Both the position numbers and the translations under genes were made by a program. DNA of 64,000 bases from a virus: the IMG/VR virus record IMGVR_UViG_3300028416_000006. The stretch is one strand, 5' to 3'. Below, piece after piece: positions 1 through 10,378 of this stretch (position 1 is its first letter; each line of letters starts with the position of its first letter). Below the pieces are notes generated by a model. It did not search any database. It was not told the origin of the DNA and saw only the letters and a list, made by a program, of their open reading frames with translations.

Positions 1-972
1 AACTACTTTATCAACTACTTTATCAACTGCTTTATTAATTACTGGTGTAACAGATCCAGGCATATTAGTTAAAGCATCTCGTTGTGATTTAGTTAGTTTC
101 TTAGTAGTTTGTTTAGCAGCAATCTTTGTTGAAAGAGCTGTTGCTGGTGCTGAAATATCTTTTGATACTGGCGCTGCCTTTTTAGCTAAATCTTTAACTT
201 TGTCTGCTGTTTTAGTTGCAACTGACTTGGCTACATCTTTTGTTTTGTCTACTGTTTTAGTTGCAACTGACTTGGCTGCATCTGCGGCTTTTTGTAATGC
301 AGGATCAACCTTACCTGCTAATTTATCAAGTGCCTTACTAACTGATTTAGTAGTTACTATTGTTGCACTTGAAGAAGGTGCCTGGTTAACTACACTTAAT
401 ATTTGTTTTTTAATCTCTGCGGCATTTGGAGCGCCTATTCTAGTTGTAGTTGCTTTTCCATCTACACCTGCAAGAAATTCACCTTTGGCAGTTTTTATAG
501 TATCGCCTGGTTTTGCAGTTTGTACAGCCTTTTTAGTTGAAGTTTTTGCAGTAGTTGTGGTTGCGTTTGCTACTACATTTATACCTGTTGGAGGAACTGC
601 TGCATCTTTTGGAGTTGGAATATCAGCAGTTTTCTGTTGAGCTGCCTTGGCTGCTTTTTTGCTTTTATAGATTTCTTTACCTACTTTAAAGCCTTTACCA
701 GCTATTTTACCTAATACACCACCTGCCACGCCAATTGCTACATCTGTACCTACTCTAGCTGCAAATTCAGCCTGTGTTATTTTACCTGCGTCTAATTCTT
801 TTTTAGCTTTATATGTATCGTATGCTGTCCAGGCTGCACCACCGGCCCATAAAGCAACAGGTATTAACGGCAAAAATTCTAATATAATTTCTCGCTCGCC
901 TTTAGGTACGCCTATTTCTTTTAAAATTGTATCTGCTGGTAGATCTTTTTCTACTAAGTGTTCTAATCTCAT
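1..972 (-). CDS. Ala/Lys/Thr-rich protein, probable virion/internal head protein (3' end outside window)
   Basis: Not in ORF track. Read by hand from ATG at 972: MRLEHLVEKDLPADTILKEIG..., open to base 1. SD (AGGAG) and ATAAATA late motif upstream; internal AKSVATKT and DKVV repeats. Confidence 0.75.
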   Translation of the reverse strand, partial: MRLEHLVEKDLPADTILKEIGVPKGEREIILEFLPLIPVALWAGGAAWTAYDTYKAKKELDAGKITQAEFAARVGTDVAIGVAGGVLGKIAGKGFKVGKEIYKSKKAAKAAQQKTADIPTPKDAAVPPTGINVVANATTTTAKTSTKKAVQTAKPGDTIKTAKGEFLAGVDGKATTTRIGAPNAAEIKKQILSVVNQAPSSSATIVTTKSVSKALDKLAGKVDPALQKAADAAKSVATKTVDKTKDVAKSVATKTADKVKDLAKKAAPVSKDISAPATALSTKIAAKQTTKKLTKSQRDALTNMPGSVTPVINKAVDKVVDKVV

Positions 973-1019
973 TACTGATAACTCCTATTATTAGTATTTA
1001 TCAATAATGTAAATTATGC

Positions 1020-1295
1020 TTATAATATAAAAAGTTGTACGAATGCCCAAGAATTCATAATAGTAAACCATGTGCATAACACAATAGCACTACTTCCACG
1101 CCTGTATGTACTGAATACTGCTAGTATACTTCCTACTAGGTACAGTGGAACGAATATTGTTGTAGCAGGATCAAGTATTGTGAATGACAATACAGCACTT
1201 GCTACAATAAGAACTGTTGTTTCTACTATTTCTGCGTAAAAAGCCATGCGATCGGTTGCATAGCTTTGTTTAAAAAAGTTAATTATTTTATTCAA
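1020..1295 (-). CDS. small membrane protein
   Basis: About three hydrophobic segments; overlaps uvsE stop. Confidence 0.6.
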   Translation of the reverse strand: MNKIINFFKQSYATDRMAFYAEIVETTVLIVASAVLSFTILDPATTIFVPLYLVGSILAVFSTYRRGSSAIVLCTWFTIMNSWAFVQLFIL

Positions 1296-2308
1296 TTTGT
1301 GGATTCCTCAAATGGTATACTTGCCAAGTTTTTGCTTTTTGCTTCGACCATAATGTCAAAGTCTTTACGGAAAGTACCAGCCCATTCATTAACTGCGGTA
1401 TTCCACATAAGATCACTGTGTGCTCTTAGTTTTGCTTTTTTGTAGCCTTGTTCAATCAATGCCTTGTAATCAGGCTTGATGTCTATTGGGTGCCCTTCCA
1501 AAAGAGCTTGACGGCTAACGCTATAATGACAAGCAGGACGGACGCCCCGCCAACTATCAATGACACGTTTAATTCTATCATCGCTTGGAGTAATATATTC
1601 TCCGGTGCTATGAACCCAGTGATGGTGTATGTCGACAACTAATGCTACCTCCTTCTCAAGTTCGAGTGAGGCATCGAGGCCCCATGCGTTTTCGTCGTTT
1701 TCAATAGTAATACAGTTTCGTGCTTCTGGAGACAGTCGTTGAAGTGCGGCTTTGATACCGGCTGGACCTTGTCTACCTGAGATGTGGACGTTACACTTGA
1801 AGTCTTGCCAAGTTTTACCATAGCCCATCCACCTGATGATATCCGCATGATATTCGAACTCCTCTATACTGCGTTCTACTATTTCTGGTGTATCACTTGC
1901 TAGTACAACAAACTGACCTGGGTGCATACTAAGACGCACACCTAATTGTCGTGCAAGCTCACCTGCTTTGCCATAATATGTAGATGCATATGATCTTACC
2001 TCGGGACGTTTCCAAAAGTAACGCCAGTCTGGATGTGTTGCGGCAGGAAGCTGATTGCTACCTAGTCGAACCATACGCTGATTCTCTGGGAGACTGCCTA
2101 CATATTCAACAAGGTTGTAAACTGCTTGTGTGTTGTGTATCATAATATTCCACAAACGTTGTTCTGCGATATCTCGTGTTTGCTCGTTGAGCCAACGGAT
2201 AGTTGTAGATTTTTCTGTAAGTGGACGCTGAATTTCTTCTAGCAGTTTCTTTTTTTGTGTCTGATCGTGGTGTAAATATTTACACGCAAAGCCTACCTTG
2301 CCTACCAT
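1292..2308 (-). CDS. uvsE: UV DNA damage endonuclease
   Basis: GFACK, RLSMHPGQF, TIENDE, DIHHH and AHSD motifs of the UvdE family. Confidence 0.93.
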   Translation of the reverse strand: MVGKVGFACKYLHHDQTQKKKLLEEIQRPLTEKSTTIRWLNEQTRDIAEQRLWNIMIHNTQAVYNLVEYVGSLPENQRMVRLGSNQLPAATHPDWRYFWKRPEVRSYASTYYGKAGELARQLGVRLSMHPGQFVVLASDTPEIVERSIEEFEYHADIIRWMGYGKTWQDFKCNVHISGRQGPAGIKAALQRLSPEARNCITIENDENAWGLDASLELEKEVALVVDIHHHWVHSTGEYITPSDDRIKRVIDSWRGVRPACHYSVSRQALLEGHPIDIKPDYKALIEQGYKKAKLRAHSDLMWNTAVNEWAGTFRKDFDIMVEAKSKNLASIPFEESTN

Positions 2309-2338
2309 AAGTACCTCTATAAATTAAGTTATGCGTAT

Positions 2339-2368
2339 ATTATAGCAAGATTGGTTGGTTATGTCAAC
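2339..2368 (-). promoter_or_regulatory. sigma70-type promoter for uvsE
   Basis: TTGACA-17 nt-TATAAT on minus strand. Confidence 0.75.
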
Positions 2369-2370
2369 CG

Positions 2371-2925
2371 TTATTTAACGCCATTTTTACGAAGCCATTC
2401 AAATATTTCTTTGTTATCAAATTGTGGACTGCGTCTATGACTTTCTGGTAATGAATCCCAATCTCTTATAGCTGGGTGTGATTTTTTGCTTTCACTGAAA
2501 TACAATCCATAATGCCATCCTTCTCTAAGCATCTCATCACGCCATCTATTATGATGCCATTTGTTTAGATCAATTGTAGCTGCTTCCATAACTTCTGGGT
2601 CTATGTCAAGTTCTACATCTTGCATTGTATCGTATTGATTAGAGATTTCAATATTAAAATCTGGAATAAATTTATAATCCCATGCAGCAACAACAATTGC
2701 TGCTTCTTCTTGTGTAAGATCTCTAATAAGTGGAACTGTGTATGTGTTTGGAAATTCTGGGCAATTTGAATCAATGCCATATTCCATTGCAACTTCTTTA
2801 GAACCATGTTGATATGAAAATACAACTCCTTCTGGACTAAAGCGTTTGCAAATTCCTAGCCAATCCATTGCAGTTTCACTATCTAGTGCTTCTGTTGTTT
2901 TTAATATTATGTGATGTTGATACAT
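2371..2925 (-). CDS. RyR-domain protein
   Basis: C-terminal HNRWRDEMLREGWHYG...KKSHPAIRDWDSLPE matches the RyR repeat pattern. Confidence 0.7.
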   Translation of the reverse strand: MYQHHIILKTTEALDSETAMDWLGICKRFSPEGVVFSYQHGSKEVAMEYGIDSNCPEFPNTYTVPLIRDLTQEEAAIVVAAWDYKFIPDFNIEISNQYDTMQDVELDIDPEVMEAATIDLNKWHHNRWRDEMLREGWHYGLYFSESKKSHPAIRDWDSLPESHRRSPQFDNKEIFEWLRKNGVK

Positions 2926-2928
2926 TTA

Positions 2929-3288
2929 TTAATACCTACTTTTTGGTGGTTCGTTATAATTTGCTTCCGCTGAGGCTGAACCGCTATAACTAGCACGAGT
3001 TCCTGAAGTAGAAGTATCTGTTTGTACTACAATTTTACCACTATTTTCACTAGTACTATTTACATAAAGTCCAAACCATGCTGCACCTGCACCTACTACA
3101 ACACTAACTAGACCTGCTTGTGGCATGCTTGGATCTGGTAATGCCATAAACCATTCTGTTACGCTGTATAGCAAATAAATGTACATACTAATAAATGCAC
3201 GTGGAAATAAACGTAATCTATCAAACCAATATGGAAATGCTTCCAGTTTTGATATTTTACCGTCATTATTTAAATCTGTGTTTGCCAT
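2929..3288 (-). CDS. two-TM membrane protein (holin-like candidate)
   Basis: Two hydrophobic helices; SD and late motif upstream. Confidence 0.55.
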   Translation of the reverse strand: MANTDLNNDGKISKLEAFPYWFDRLRLFPRAFISMYIYLLYSVTEWFMALPDPSMPQAGLVSVVVGAGAAWFGLYVNSTSENSGKIVVQTDTSTSGTRASYSGSASAEANYNEPPKSRY

Positions 3289-3341
3289 TATTTGTATCTC
3301 CTTGTATAATTGTATTTATCCAATTTAGAATTACTAGTCAC

Positions 3342-3378
3342 AAAAAAACCCAATCCTATTTCTAAGACTGGGTTTTCT
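3342..3378 (-). terminator. intrinsic terminator
   Basis: AACCCAGTC...GATTGGGTT stem followed by T-run. Confidence 0.75.
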
Positions 3379-3397
3379 TTAATTACTTAACTGTAAC

Positions 3398-3703
3398 TTA
3401 TGCTACTGTCATTGCGCCTGCTGTTGAAAGACCTAAGCCCTGTAGTGCAGTTTGTAGTTCAGCTGCGTCAGCCCAAGCTGAGCCTTCAACTACTACAGTA
3501 AATACTGTACCACCAGTTGAGTGGTTGCTAAGACCGATAACTGTACCTTTTTGAGCTACTGCTTCTAGAATTGCTTCCATTTCTTCACCTGGGTTAACTT
3601 CACCTGATACGTCTGCAGCTGCAGTGATCACGAAGTCTGTCATTGTTGCGCCATAGTTGAATTTACCGAATTCAATTACGTTTGCTGGATTTCTTGTTGC
3701 CAT
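3398..3703 (-). CDS. small late protein, probably structural
   Basis: Own ATAAATA motif, strong SD and terminator; Ala/Gly/Thr-rich. Confidence 0.55.
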   Translation of the reverse strand: MATRNPANVIEFGKFNYGATMTDFVITAAADVSGEVNPGEEMEAILEAVAQKGTVIGLSNHSTGGTVFTVVVEGSAWADAAELQTALQGLGLSTAGAMTVA

Positions 3704-3771
3704 TTTATATTCTCCTAAAAATGTTTATTTTAATGTTCTGTGCTGTTGCACTACTTTTATTTATCCAATTT

Positions 3772-5931
3772 CTATCTTTTTACTACGTTTTGTTCAACAA
3801 AAATAGTCCAATTTACTGTTTTTGCTGCTTCGCCTGTAACAGAAATCTTTAAACTACTGTTAACACTATCAGCTACAACACTGCCAGACCACGTATCACT
3901 TGTAGTATCTGCTAGAGTTTCTCTACTTGGAGTGCCGATTAATGCTAATGTTCCACTAGTTTTATCAATAATACCTTGTAGTTTAATGCCATAATTGTCA
4001 GTGCCGTCTGCACCAATTATGTGTACATTGTACATAACTGTACTATTGTTATCTATTACTATTCTATTTCCTGTAGTTAATAATGCTTCCGTTGGTGTAG
4101 CATCTGTTGTAGTAATTGACATAACATAATTATCATGCGATGCTAGTACTACATTTGATATCTGTACTTGTCTGCTTACATTAGGTTCTATTACTTTTGA
4201 ATCAACATATGTAGTTGATGCCAGTCCTGCAATACTTGGAATGTAAGGTTTGTTTGATAGATCGTTATAATCGCCTGAGAATAGATTTGGTCTATTTACT
4301 AGATCGTTATAATCACCACTGAATAAATTAGGCTTGTTTGCTAAGTCTGTATAGTCAATACTAGATGCTATAGCACTACCTAATGATGCTAAACTTACTG
4401 TACTAATTACTGTATCAGGATCTGGTTCAATATTTAAAAGTTTTAAATCTGTTCCTACAATTTGTAAACTTAGATCTGAATTACCTGCAGGCTTATTAAG
4501 TAAGTCTGCATAATCACCTGAGAACAATACAGGTGTGTTTGTTAAATCGTTATAATCGCCACTAAAGTGATCGCCACGCTCTAATAGTTTCTGATCTACA
4601 TAGGCTTCTGTTGCATAACTACTGCCGCCAATTCCTGACGTAGAATCTAATGCTGGTGCCCAAGTTGAATTTGCACTATCCCATTTAAGTACTTGACCGT
4701 TTGAAGGAGCAGTACTTGATACATCAGATAGTCCACCTAAAGAAGTAGCGCCTCCGCCTCCTCCTGAATTATTAACCCACGCATAGTCTGTACCATTCCA
4801 ACTTAATACTTGGTTAGTTGCTGCTGAACTTCTGTTAAGATGTGTATCAACACTAGCATCTGTATAAGCTGCACCAGTTAATAAATTAGTTGTATCAGTT
4901 AAATCACTTACATCTACTGGTATAGTTGGTTTGTTTGTTAAGTTTGTATAGTCACCGTCAAACGCATCAGTAATACCAAAGCCTGCTATTGTAGTTGGTT
5001 TGCCAGTAATATCTGCCCAAACGCCACTGCCGCCATCTGTAATTCCATAACCTGCTAGTGTAGTTGGTGTGCTAGTTAGTGAACTAAACTGTCCATCAAA
5101 TAATGTTGGCTTGTTTGTTAAGTCGTCATAGTTACCACTAAATGGTGTTGGTATGCTTGGAGTATTAGTAAAGTTGTTATAGTCTAAGTAATAAGTGCCG
5201 TCTTGACTATCTAATGTGTCTGCATTACTTCCGCCGCCACCTGTTGTATTGTCTGACGCTGGTTCCCATGATGTACCATTGTATTTTAATACTTGTCCTG
5301 CGGTTGCACCTGACACACTTACATCTGTTAATGCACCAAGTGTTGTTGCTCCACCGCCACTTAATAAATTTGTTACATCTAATAAATCTTTTATATCAGT
5401 TGTTGCTATTTGATTTTGTACCCAGGATTGTGTTGCATATCCTGTTAAATCTGGAATTACTGGTGTGTTAGTAAGATTATTATAATCGCCATCAAAGAAT
5501 GTAGCATTTGCAATAGCAGTATTAATTTTGCCTGTAACTTGTGTAGAAGTATCGTAATTTGCTAATGAACCGTTTAATGCCGAAGTAGTAACATAATTGC
5601 TTAGATCTATATTACTATTATCTATACCGGCTATTTGAGCATCTACATATGTCTTATCTGCTTTAACTGATATAGCAGTGTTAAGTGTTGCTACTTGAGA
5701 GTTCAGTGATGCTGTAGTAGCATAAGAACTTAAATCAACTCCACCACCACTTTGTATATTTGCAATTAGTTGATTAACTTGTGCAAGTGTTGTAAATGAA
5801 TTTGTTTCGTTATGAAATGCTTTGTCAATACTTCTGTATACCAAAAGATCGCCATCAGCAATGGATGTTGTTAAATTAAAATCTGGTGTAGGTAGTTGTT
5901 GAATACCACCACTAAATGCTTGAATCGCCAA
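3772..5931 (-). CDS. tail fibre-like protein with FSGDYNDLxNKP repeats
   Basis: Repeated F(S/D)GDYxDLxNKP units, 'GQVLKWD/YN' fibre motifs, Gly linkers. Confidence 0.75.
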   Translation of the reverse strand: MAIQAFSGGIQQLPTPDFNLTTSIADGDLLVYRSIDKAFHNETNSFTTLAQVNQLIANIQSGGGVDLSSYATTASLNSQVATLNTAISVKADKTYVDAQIAGIDNSNIDLSNYVTTSALNGSLANYDTSTQVTGKINTAIANATFFDGDYNNLTNTPVIPDLTGYATQSWVQNQIATTDIKDLLDVTNLLSGGGATTLGALTDVSVSGATAGQVLKYNGTSWEPASDNTTGGGGSNADTLDSQDGTYYLDYNNFTNTPSIPTPFSGNYDDLTNKPTLFDGQFSSLTSTPTTLAGYGITDGGSGVWADITGKPTTIAGFGITDAFDGDYTNLTNKPTIPVDVSDLTDTTNLLTGAAYTDASVDTHLNRSSAATNQVLSWNGTDYAWVNNSGGGGGATSLGGLSDVSSTAPSNGQVLKWDSANSTWAPALDSTSGIGGSSYATEAYVDQKLLERGDHFSGDYNDLTNTPVLFSGDYADLLNKPAGNSDLSLQIVGTDLKLLNIEPDPDTVISTVSLASLGSAIASSIDYTDLANKPNLFSGDYNDLVNRPNLFSGDYNDLSNKPYIPSIAGLASTTYVDSKVIEPNVSRQVQISNVVLASHDNYVMSITTTDATPTEALLTTGNRIVIDNNSTVMYNVHIIGADGTDNYGIKLQGIIDKTSGTLALIGTPSRETLADTTSDTWSGSVVADSVNSSLKISVTGEAAKTVNWTIFVEQNVVKR

Positions 5932-5944
5932 GTGTATTTCTCCT

Positions 5945-6316
5945 CTAAATTAGCACGACAACTTTGTCAATAACGCCATGTAGTGCTTTATCATATGATC
6001 CTGCACCTAAGTATGCTCTGTCAACTTTAACACGCAAATAAACAAAGTTACCTTCGAAACTTGAACCTTTGGTAGCAGTTTGGGCTGTAAATTGTAAATA
6101 TGGTGTTATGTTATCCAAATCAATAGGAAACCAATCGTTTTCTGTTGGTTGTTCTACAATTGTTGCTTCTAAGTGAATTCTTCCAGTAAAGTTACTTACA
6201 TGGAAACTCATTGTATGTAAACCGTCAGCAAATCCATAGTAACCATCGCCTTTTACAGCGTCACTTGTATATGTAAGTTCGTTTTTATTTGTTAGAACTA
6301 TGTTAGAACTAGCCAT
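5945..6316 (-). CDS. hypothetical late protein, probably structural
   Basis: Late motif and SD upstream; precedes the fibre gene. Confidence 0.55.
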   Translation of the reverse strand: MASSNIVLTNKNELTYTSDAVKGDGYYGFADGLHTMSFHVSNFTGRIHLEATIVEQPTENDWFPIDLDNITPYLQFTAQTATKGSSFEGNFVYLRVKVDRAYLGAGSYDKALHGVIDKVVVLI

Positions 6317-6347
6317 TAATAATCTCCTTTAATCTTACAAGTATTTA

Positions 6348-6962
6348 TCAATTATCGAGTTCTTGAAGCGTTATACAGGTTTCCATAGTCATTCTAAGCA
6401 TATCACTGTATGCTAACTTGTATAACATCATAGTTTCTTCACTGTTTGTGAATATAGTGGGTGGTTGTGCTAATCTATTAATTGTTCCAAAGTAGGAACC
6501 ATATGAGGTGGATACAATTCTATTCTCACCTTTGGGAAAGTGTTCATATACCCATTGAATCATTTTTACACTTTCTTCACGGGTTGTATTCTTGTCCCAA
6601 TTATGCCATGCAGTTACTTTGTGCTTGTATCTGTTAAACCATAACTTGTTGCGTATAACTACTTTTCTATCACGCTTATGTAATAGTTCTCTATGCATTT
6701 CATTTAACGGTTGAGTTATTTCTTCTACTTCAAAATTGTTTAATACATCTTGTACAATTTCTGTATTTGATGTATATAAGTTACAATCATATTCATGCTT
6801 GCTTCTGTATATTTTTACTACTCTGTATTGTAGTCTTGCTAGAGAATCAAACTTATCGTATTTAAAACGGAAGTTGCGTGGTATTTTTGTTATTTTAAGT
6901 CGTGTATCAAAGTATCTATAAAATACAGTTTCTGTAGGCAGTACTGTTATATTATTTTCCAT
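6348..6962 (-). CDS. hypothetical protein
   Basis: 204 aa ORF coupled to clpA. Confidence 0.6.
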   Translation of the reverse strand: MENNITVLPTETVFYRYFDTRLKITKIPRNFRFKYDKFDSLARLQYRVVKIYRSKHEYDCNLYTSNTEIVQDVLNNFEVEEITQPLNEMHRELLHKRDRKVVIRNKLWFNRYKHKVTAWHNWDKNTTREESVKMIQWVYEHFPKGENRIVSTSYGSYFGTINRLAQPPTIFTNSEETMMLYKLAYSDMLRMTMETCITLQELDN

Positions 6963-9210
6963 TAATAGTTAGTGCGTCTTTTTTCCAATCTAGATCCAGT
7001 GTAAAGTCTTTATTGTGATCTAGCAAGTGTTTTGCTAACGGAAGTTTTACAGTTTCGTTGATTAGTCTTGCTAACGGTCTTGCACCCATTGCCGGATCGT
7101 ATCCTTTATCTTCTAGCATTGCTACTAATTCAGGCCCCCAATTAATTACAATATGTCTACCTTCTACATATGTTTCAAGTTCACCTAAGAACTTAATAAC
7201 AATACGCTTCATGTCGTTTCTTGTTAGTGCATTAAACTTAACAACACCATCTAGTCTGTTACGGAACTCTGGTGCAAAGTAATTGTTTACTGCATCGTCT
7301 ACTGCTTTTGCATTATATGTTTCTTCATTAAAGCCAATGCTTTTAACTGCCGCGTCTCTGGCTCCAAGGTTACTTGTCATAATAACAATAGCGTTCTTGG
7401 CACTTACTACTTTACCTGTACTTGATGTAATTGTACCTTCATCTAATAAACTTAACAATACGCTCATTAAATCTGGGTGTGCTTTTTCTACTTCGTCCAA
7501 TAATAACACACAATTAGGATTATCTTCTAATTGGTTAATAAGTAAACCATCACCTGCTTTACCATCACCGTGTCCTACATATCCTGGAGGTGAGCCTATT
7601 AGTTTTGATACTGTATGGCGTTCTTGATACTCTGCCATATCATATCTACATAGTTTCATACTCATTGACTGTGCTAGACGTTTAGCAAGTTCTGTTTTAC
7701 CTACACCTGTTGGACCTGTAAGCAAATAACTTGCAATAGGTTTAATAGGATCTTTAAGTCCTGCCATGCTAACTGTAATACTGTCAACTACTTTGTCAAT
7801 TGCCGTTTGTTGACCGAATACTGTGCTTTCTAAAAACTCTCTAACTTCTGAGTGCTTTTTATTTGTTGATTCGTCTTCTGCTTTTCCTAAATGTTCTTTT
7901 GGAATACCAGTTAGTCTTGCCACCTCTGCTTTAATTTCATCTTCGCCTAATATATCTAAGCGTTCTTCTGGTGGTAATATTCTATTAAATGCACATGCTC
8001 TATCAATAATATCAAATGCTTTATCTGGAAGTTTCTTATTAAAGATATATTGATTACTTAATTCAACTGAAAGATCTGCTGCTTCTGGTCTAATAGTAAC
8101 ATCGTGAAATGCTTCATATGATATTAGCGAGTTATAAACAACTTCTTTTGCGTCTATTAAGTTAGGTTCTGATACAACAACTTTTGTAAATCTACGTGCT
8201 AGTGCTGTTTCTTTTTCAAATACTTTTCTATATTCTTCATCTGTTGTAGCACCAATTACTTTTAGTTTACCATTGCTTAACGCTGGCTTTAACATATTGC
8301 CTGCATCCATAGTACCATTTGTACTACCTGCACCAATAATTGTGTGTATTTCGTCCACAAACAAAATAATATTAGGCTCTTGTATTAATGCTTCTGCTAA
8401 TTGCTTCATGCGTTCTTCAAAGTCGCCTCTGTATTTTGTACCGGCAACTAATTTAGTCATATCTAATTCCCACACAACCTTATCTTTAATAATATCAGGA
8501 ACATGTCCTTCAACAATAAGTTTTGCCAGTCCTTGTACAACTGCTGTTTTACCAACGCCACTTCCGCCTGTTAAAATAGCATTAGACTTTTTCTTTCGTG
8601 CTACTGCTTGTACTAATTCTTTTAATTCGTGTCTACGACCAATTAAGTCATCATACTCATCATATGCTTCGTTCATGTTAGTACAAAACTGTGCTAACAC
8701 ATCTCTAGGTGTCATTGCACCTTGTTGTCTACGAGGATCTGCTCCAATAACATCTGAAGGTCCAAAAATTTGTTCATTCTCTTGTGCTTGTGTTTCTTGC
8801 ATCCAACCAATAACTTTGTTTTTGCTAAGACCCATTTGCTCTGCGTACTGTGCCGCTACACTGTTTTCTTCACCTAGTATGCTTAATACTAAATCTAATT
8901 GGTTAAGATGTTTCTTGCCTTGAAATAATGCCTGTGTTAATGCTCTATTAAATACTCTTTCAAGCATTTGTGTTTTAAAAGGGTTTGGTTCTTCATTGTT
9001 GTCTTTGACTAGTTCTGCACAATGCTTCTCTAAATATTCTACTAATGCAATTTGTAAACTTTCTGCATCAGCGTTTACTTCGTAACACATTGCAATTACC
9101 TGTGGGTCATCTAAAATAACTGCTGCTAAATGTTCAATAGTTACGTATTCGTGTTTTAATTTCTTTGCTAAATTGATAGCAGTTATTACAATTTTTTCAA
9201 TATCAGTCAT
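6952..9210 (-). CDS. clpA: ATP-dependent Clp protease ATPase subunit ClpA
   Basis: Clp N-domain (HEYVTIEHL), two AAA+ modules (GVGKT twice, KYRGDFEER, GYVG), IGF loop, no ClpB middle domain. Confidence 0.9.
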   Translation of the reverse strand: MTDIEKIVITAINLAKKLKHEYVTIEHLAAVILDDPQVIAMCYEVNADAESLQIALVEYLEKHCAELVKDNNEEPNPFKTQMLERVFNRALTQALFQGKKHLNQLDLVLSILGEENSVAAQYAEQMGLSKNKVIGWMQETQAQENEQIFGPSDVIGADPRRQQGAMTPRDVLAQFCTNMNEAYDEYDDLIGRRHELKELVQAVARKKKSNAILTGGSGVGKTAVVQGLAKLIVEGHVPDIIKDKVVWELDMTKLVAGTKYRGDFEERMKQLAEALIQEPNIILFVDEIHTIIGAGSTNGTMDAGNMLKPALSNGKLKVIGATTDEEYRKVFEKETALARRFTKVVVSEPNLIDAKEVVYNSLISYEAFHDVTIRPEAADLSVELSNQYIFNKKLPDKAFDIIDRACAFNRILPPEERLDILGEDEIKAEVARLTGIPKEHLGKAEDESTNKKHSEVREFLESTVFGQQTAIDKVVDSITVSMAGLKDPIKPIASYLLTGPTGVGKTELAKRLAQSMSMKLCRYDMAEYQERHTVSKLIGSPPGYVGHGDGKAGDGLLINQLEDNPNCVLLLDEVEKAHPDLMSVLLSLLDEGTITSSTGKVVSAKNAIVIMTSNLGARDAAVKSIGFNEETYNAKAVDDAVNNYFAPEFRNRLDGVVKFNALTRNDMKRIVIKFLGELETYVEGRHIVINWGPELVAMLEDKGYDPAMGARPLARLINETVKLPLAKHLLDHNKDFTLDLDWKKDALTINGK

Positions 9211-9883
9211 TTTTCCTTAACCTCGTTATAAATTCTTCCATGTTATTACTATTTAAGTAAGGTATGTCTACCTTAATATGTATCCTTAAATTGCCCTTTC
9301 TTTTACTCTTTCTATTGTATAACCCATGTCCCTTTAGCACTATTATACTTCCTGTCACTGTATCTATTGGAATATCAATTTCACAGCGTTCTCCTGTTGG
9401 TGTCATTATCATAAATGAATTTAGTTTCATTACATCAATGACATCCAATGTCTTATACATTATAATATTATTTCCCGATCTTGTAAAGACTTTATTTGCT
9501 TTTTCTTTAACATTTATTATATATTTTTTTCGCTTGTCGGTTATTTTAAACTTATCACCTGCTAGTACGCCTGCTGGAATATTTACTTTTAAATATAAAT
9601 CTTCTTCTTCGTCAATTTTAATATAATCATTGACACCAGTAATTTGTTGTTCAATGGTTAATGCTAAATCTATCATCTGCACATTTACTGATTTTACAAT
9701 TGGAATATGATTCTTTTTTTGAATTTCTTCATATGCATCACTTATAGCTAGCCAGTCGGCGATCGTTCCGCCCTTATCTGGATGATTTTTTAGAGCTAAT
9801 TTTTTGTATGCTAGTTTGACCTCTTTTAGTGTAGCACCCGGTTCTAGGCCAAGAATAAACCAAGGGTTGTTCATTTTCTTCAT
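9203..9883 (-). CDS. DnaJ-class co-chaperone (J domain plus C-terminal domain, no Zn finger)
   Basis: HPDKGG motif; C-terminal GxG...GNL pattern. Confidence 0.85.
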   Translation of the reverse strand: MKKMNNPWFILGLEPGATLKEVKLAYKKLALKNHPDKGGTIADWLAISDAYEEIQKKNHIPIVKSVNVQMIDLALTIEQQITGVNDYIKIDEEEDLYLKVNIPAGVLAGDKFKITDKRKKYIINVKEKANKVFTRSGNNIIMYKTLDVIDVMKLNSFMIMTPTGERCEIDIPIDTVTGSIIVLKGHGLYNRKSKRKGNLRIHIKVDIPYLNSNNMEEFITRLRKND

Positions 9884-9928
9884 CGTAGTATTTATTGACA
9901 TTATGAAGAGCCTTAAACGTTAGTGTTT

Positions 9929-10378
9929 TTAATTAAGAAATTTATCGAGTATTCCTGTTTTTTCAACAGGAACTTCTTTGTTTTTGCTGTTGTGGTCATC
10001 TATATTTTTTTCTGTTTTTTCGTAGTATTCTTTGTATGCTTCAATAATTGCTTTTTGTTGTGATAACAATTTAATTATATCTGCCATGTTTAATGAAAGT
10101 TGCTCATAGCCTTCTGTTGTTAATGCATATATAACTACAGGTTCGCCATCTGCTTGTAACTTATCAAACACCTGGCCCAATGCATCTGGTGTAATAATAT
10201 CCCAATCAGCATCTCTTAATTCTAGTGTACCCGTTGCAGGTAATACTAGTGCTGGCTTTTCGATAGGCTCTGCTTTATATGAAATTACCTGTGGTGTAGT
10301 TGCACAACTACTTAGGAACGTAGTTAGGATTAGCAAGCTCAGGACATTCAGTATTGGCTTTTGATTTTTTTGTAACAT
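9929..10378 (-). CDS. o-spanin-like lipoprotein
   Basis: Lipobox LSSC; overlaps the upstream i-spanin-like gene. Confidence 0.65.
   Translation of the reverse strand: MLQKNQKPILNVLSLLILTTFLSSCATTPQVISYKAEPIEKPALVLPATGTLELRDADWDIITPDALGQVFDKLQADGEPVVIYALTTEGYEQLSLNMADIIKLLSQQKAIIEAYKEYYEKTEKNIDDHNSKNKEVPVEKTGILDKFLN

Noticed and set aside
200-640. Long plus-strand ORFs such as 200-640, 8273-8923, 33733-34404, 53212-53916
   Set aside because: Antisense to well-supported minus-strand genes, with no motifs or SD
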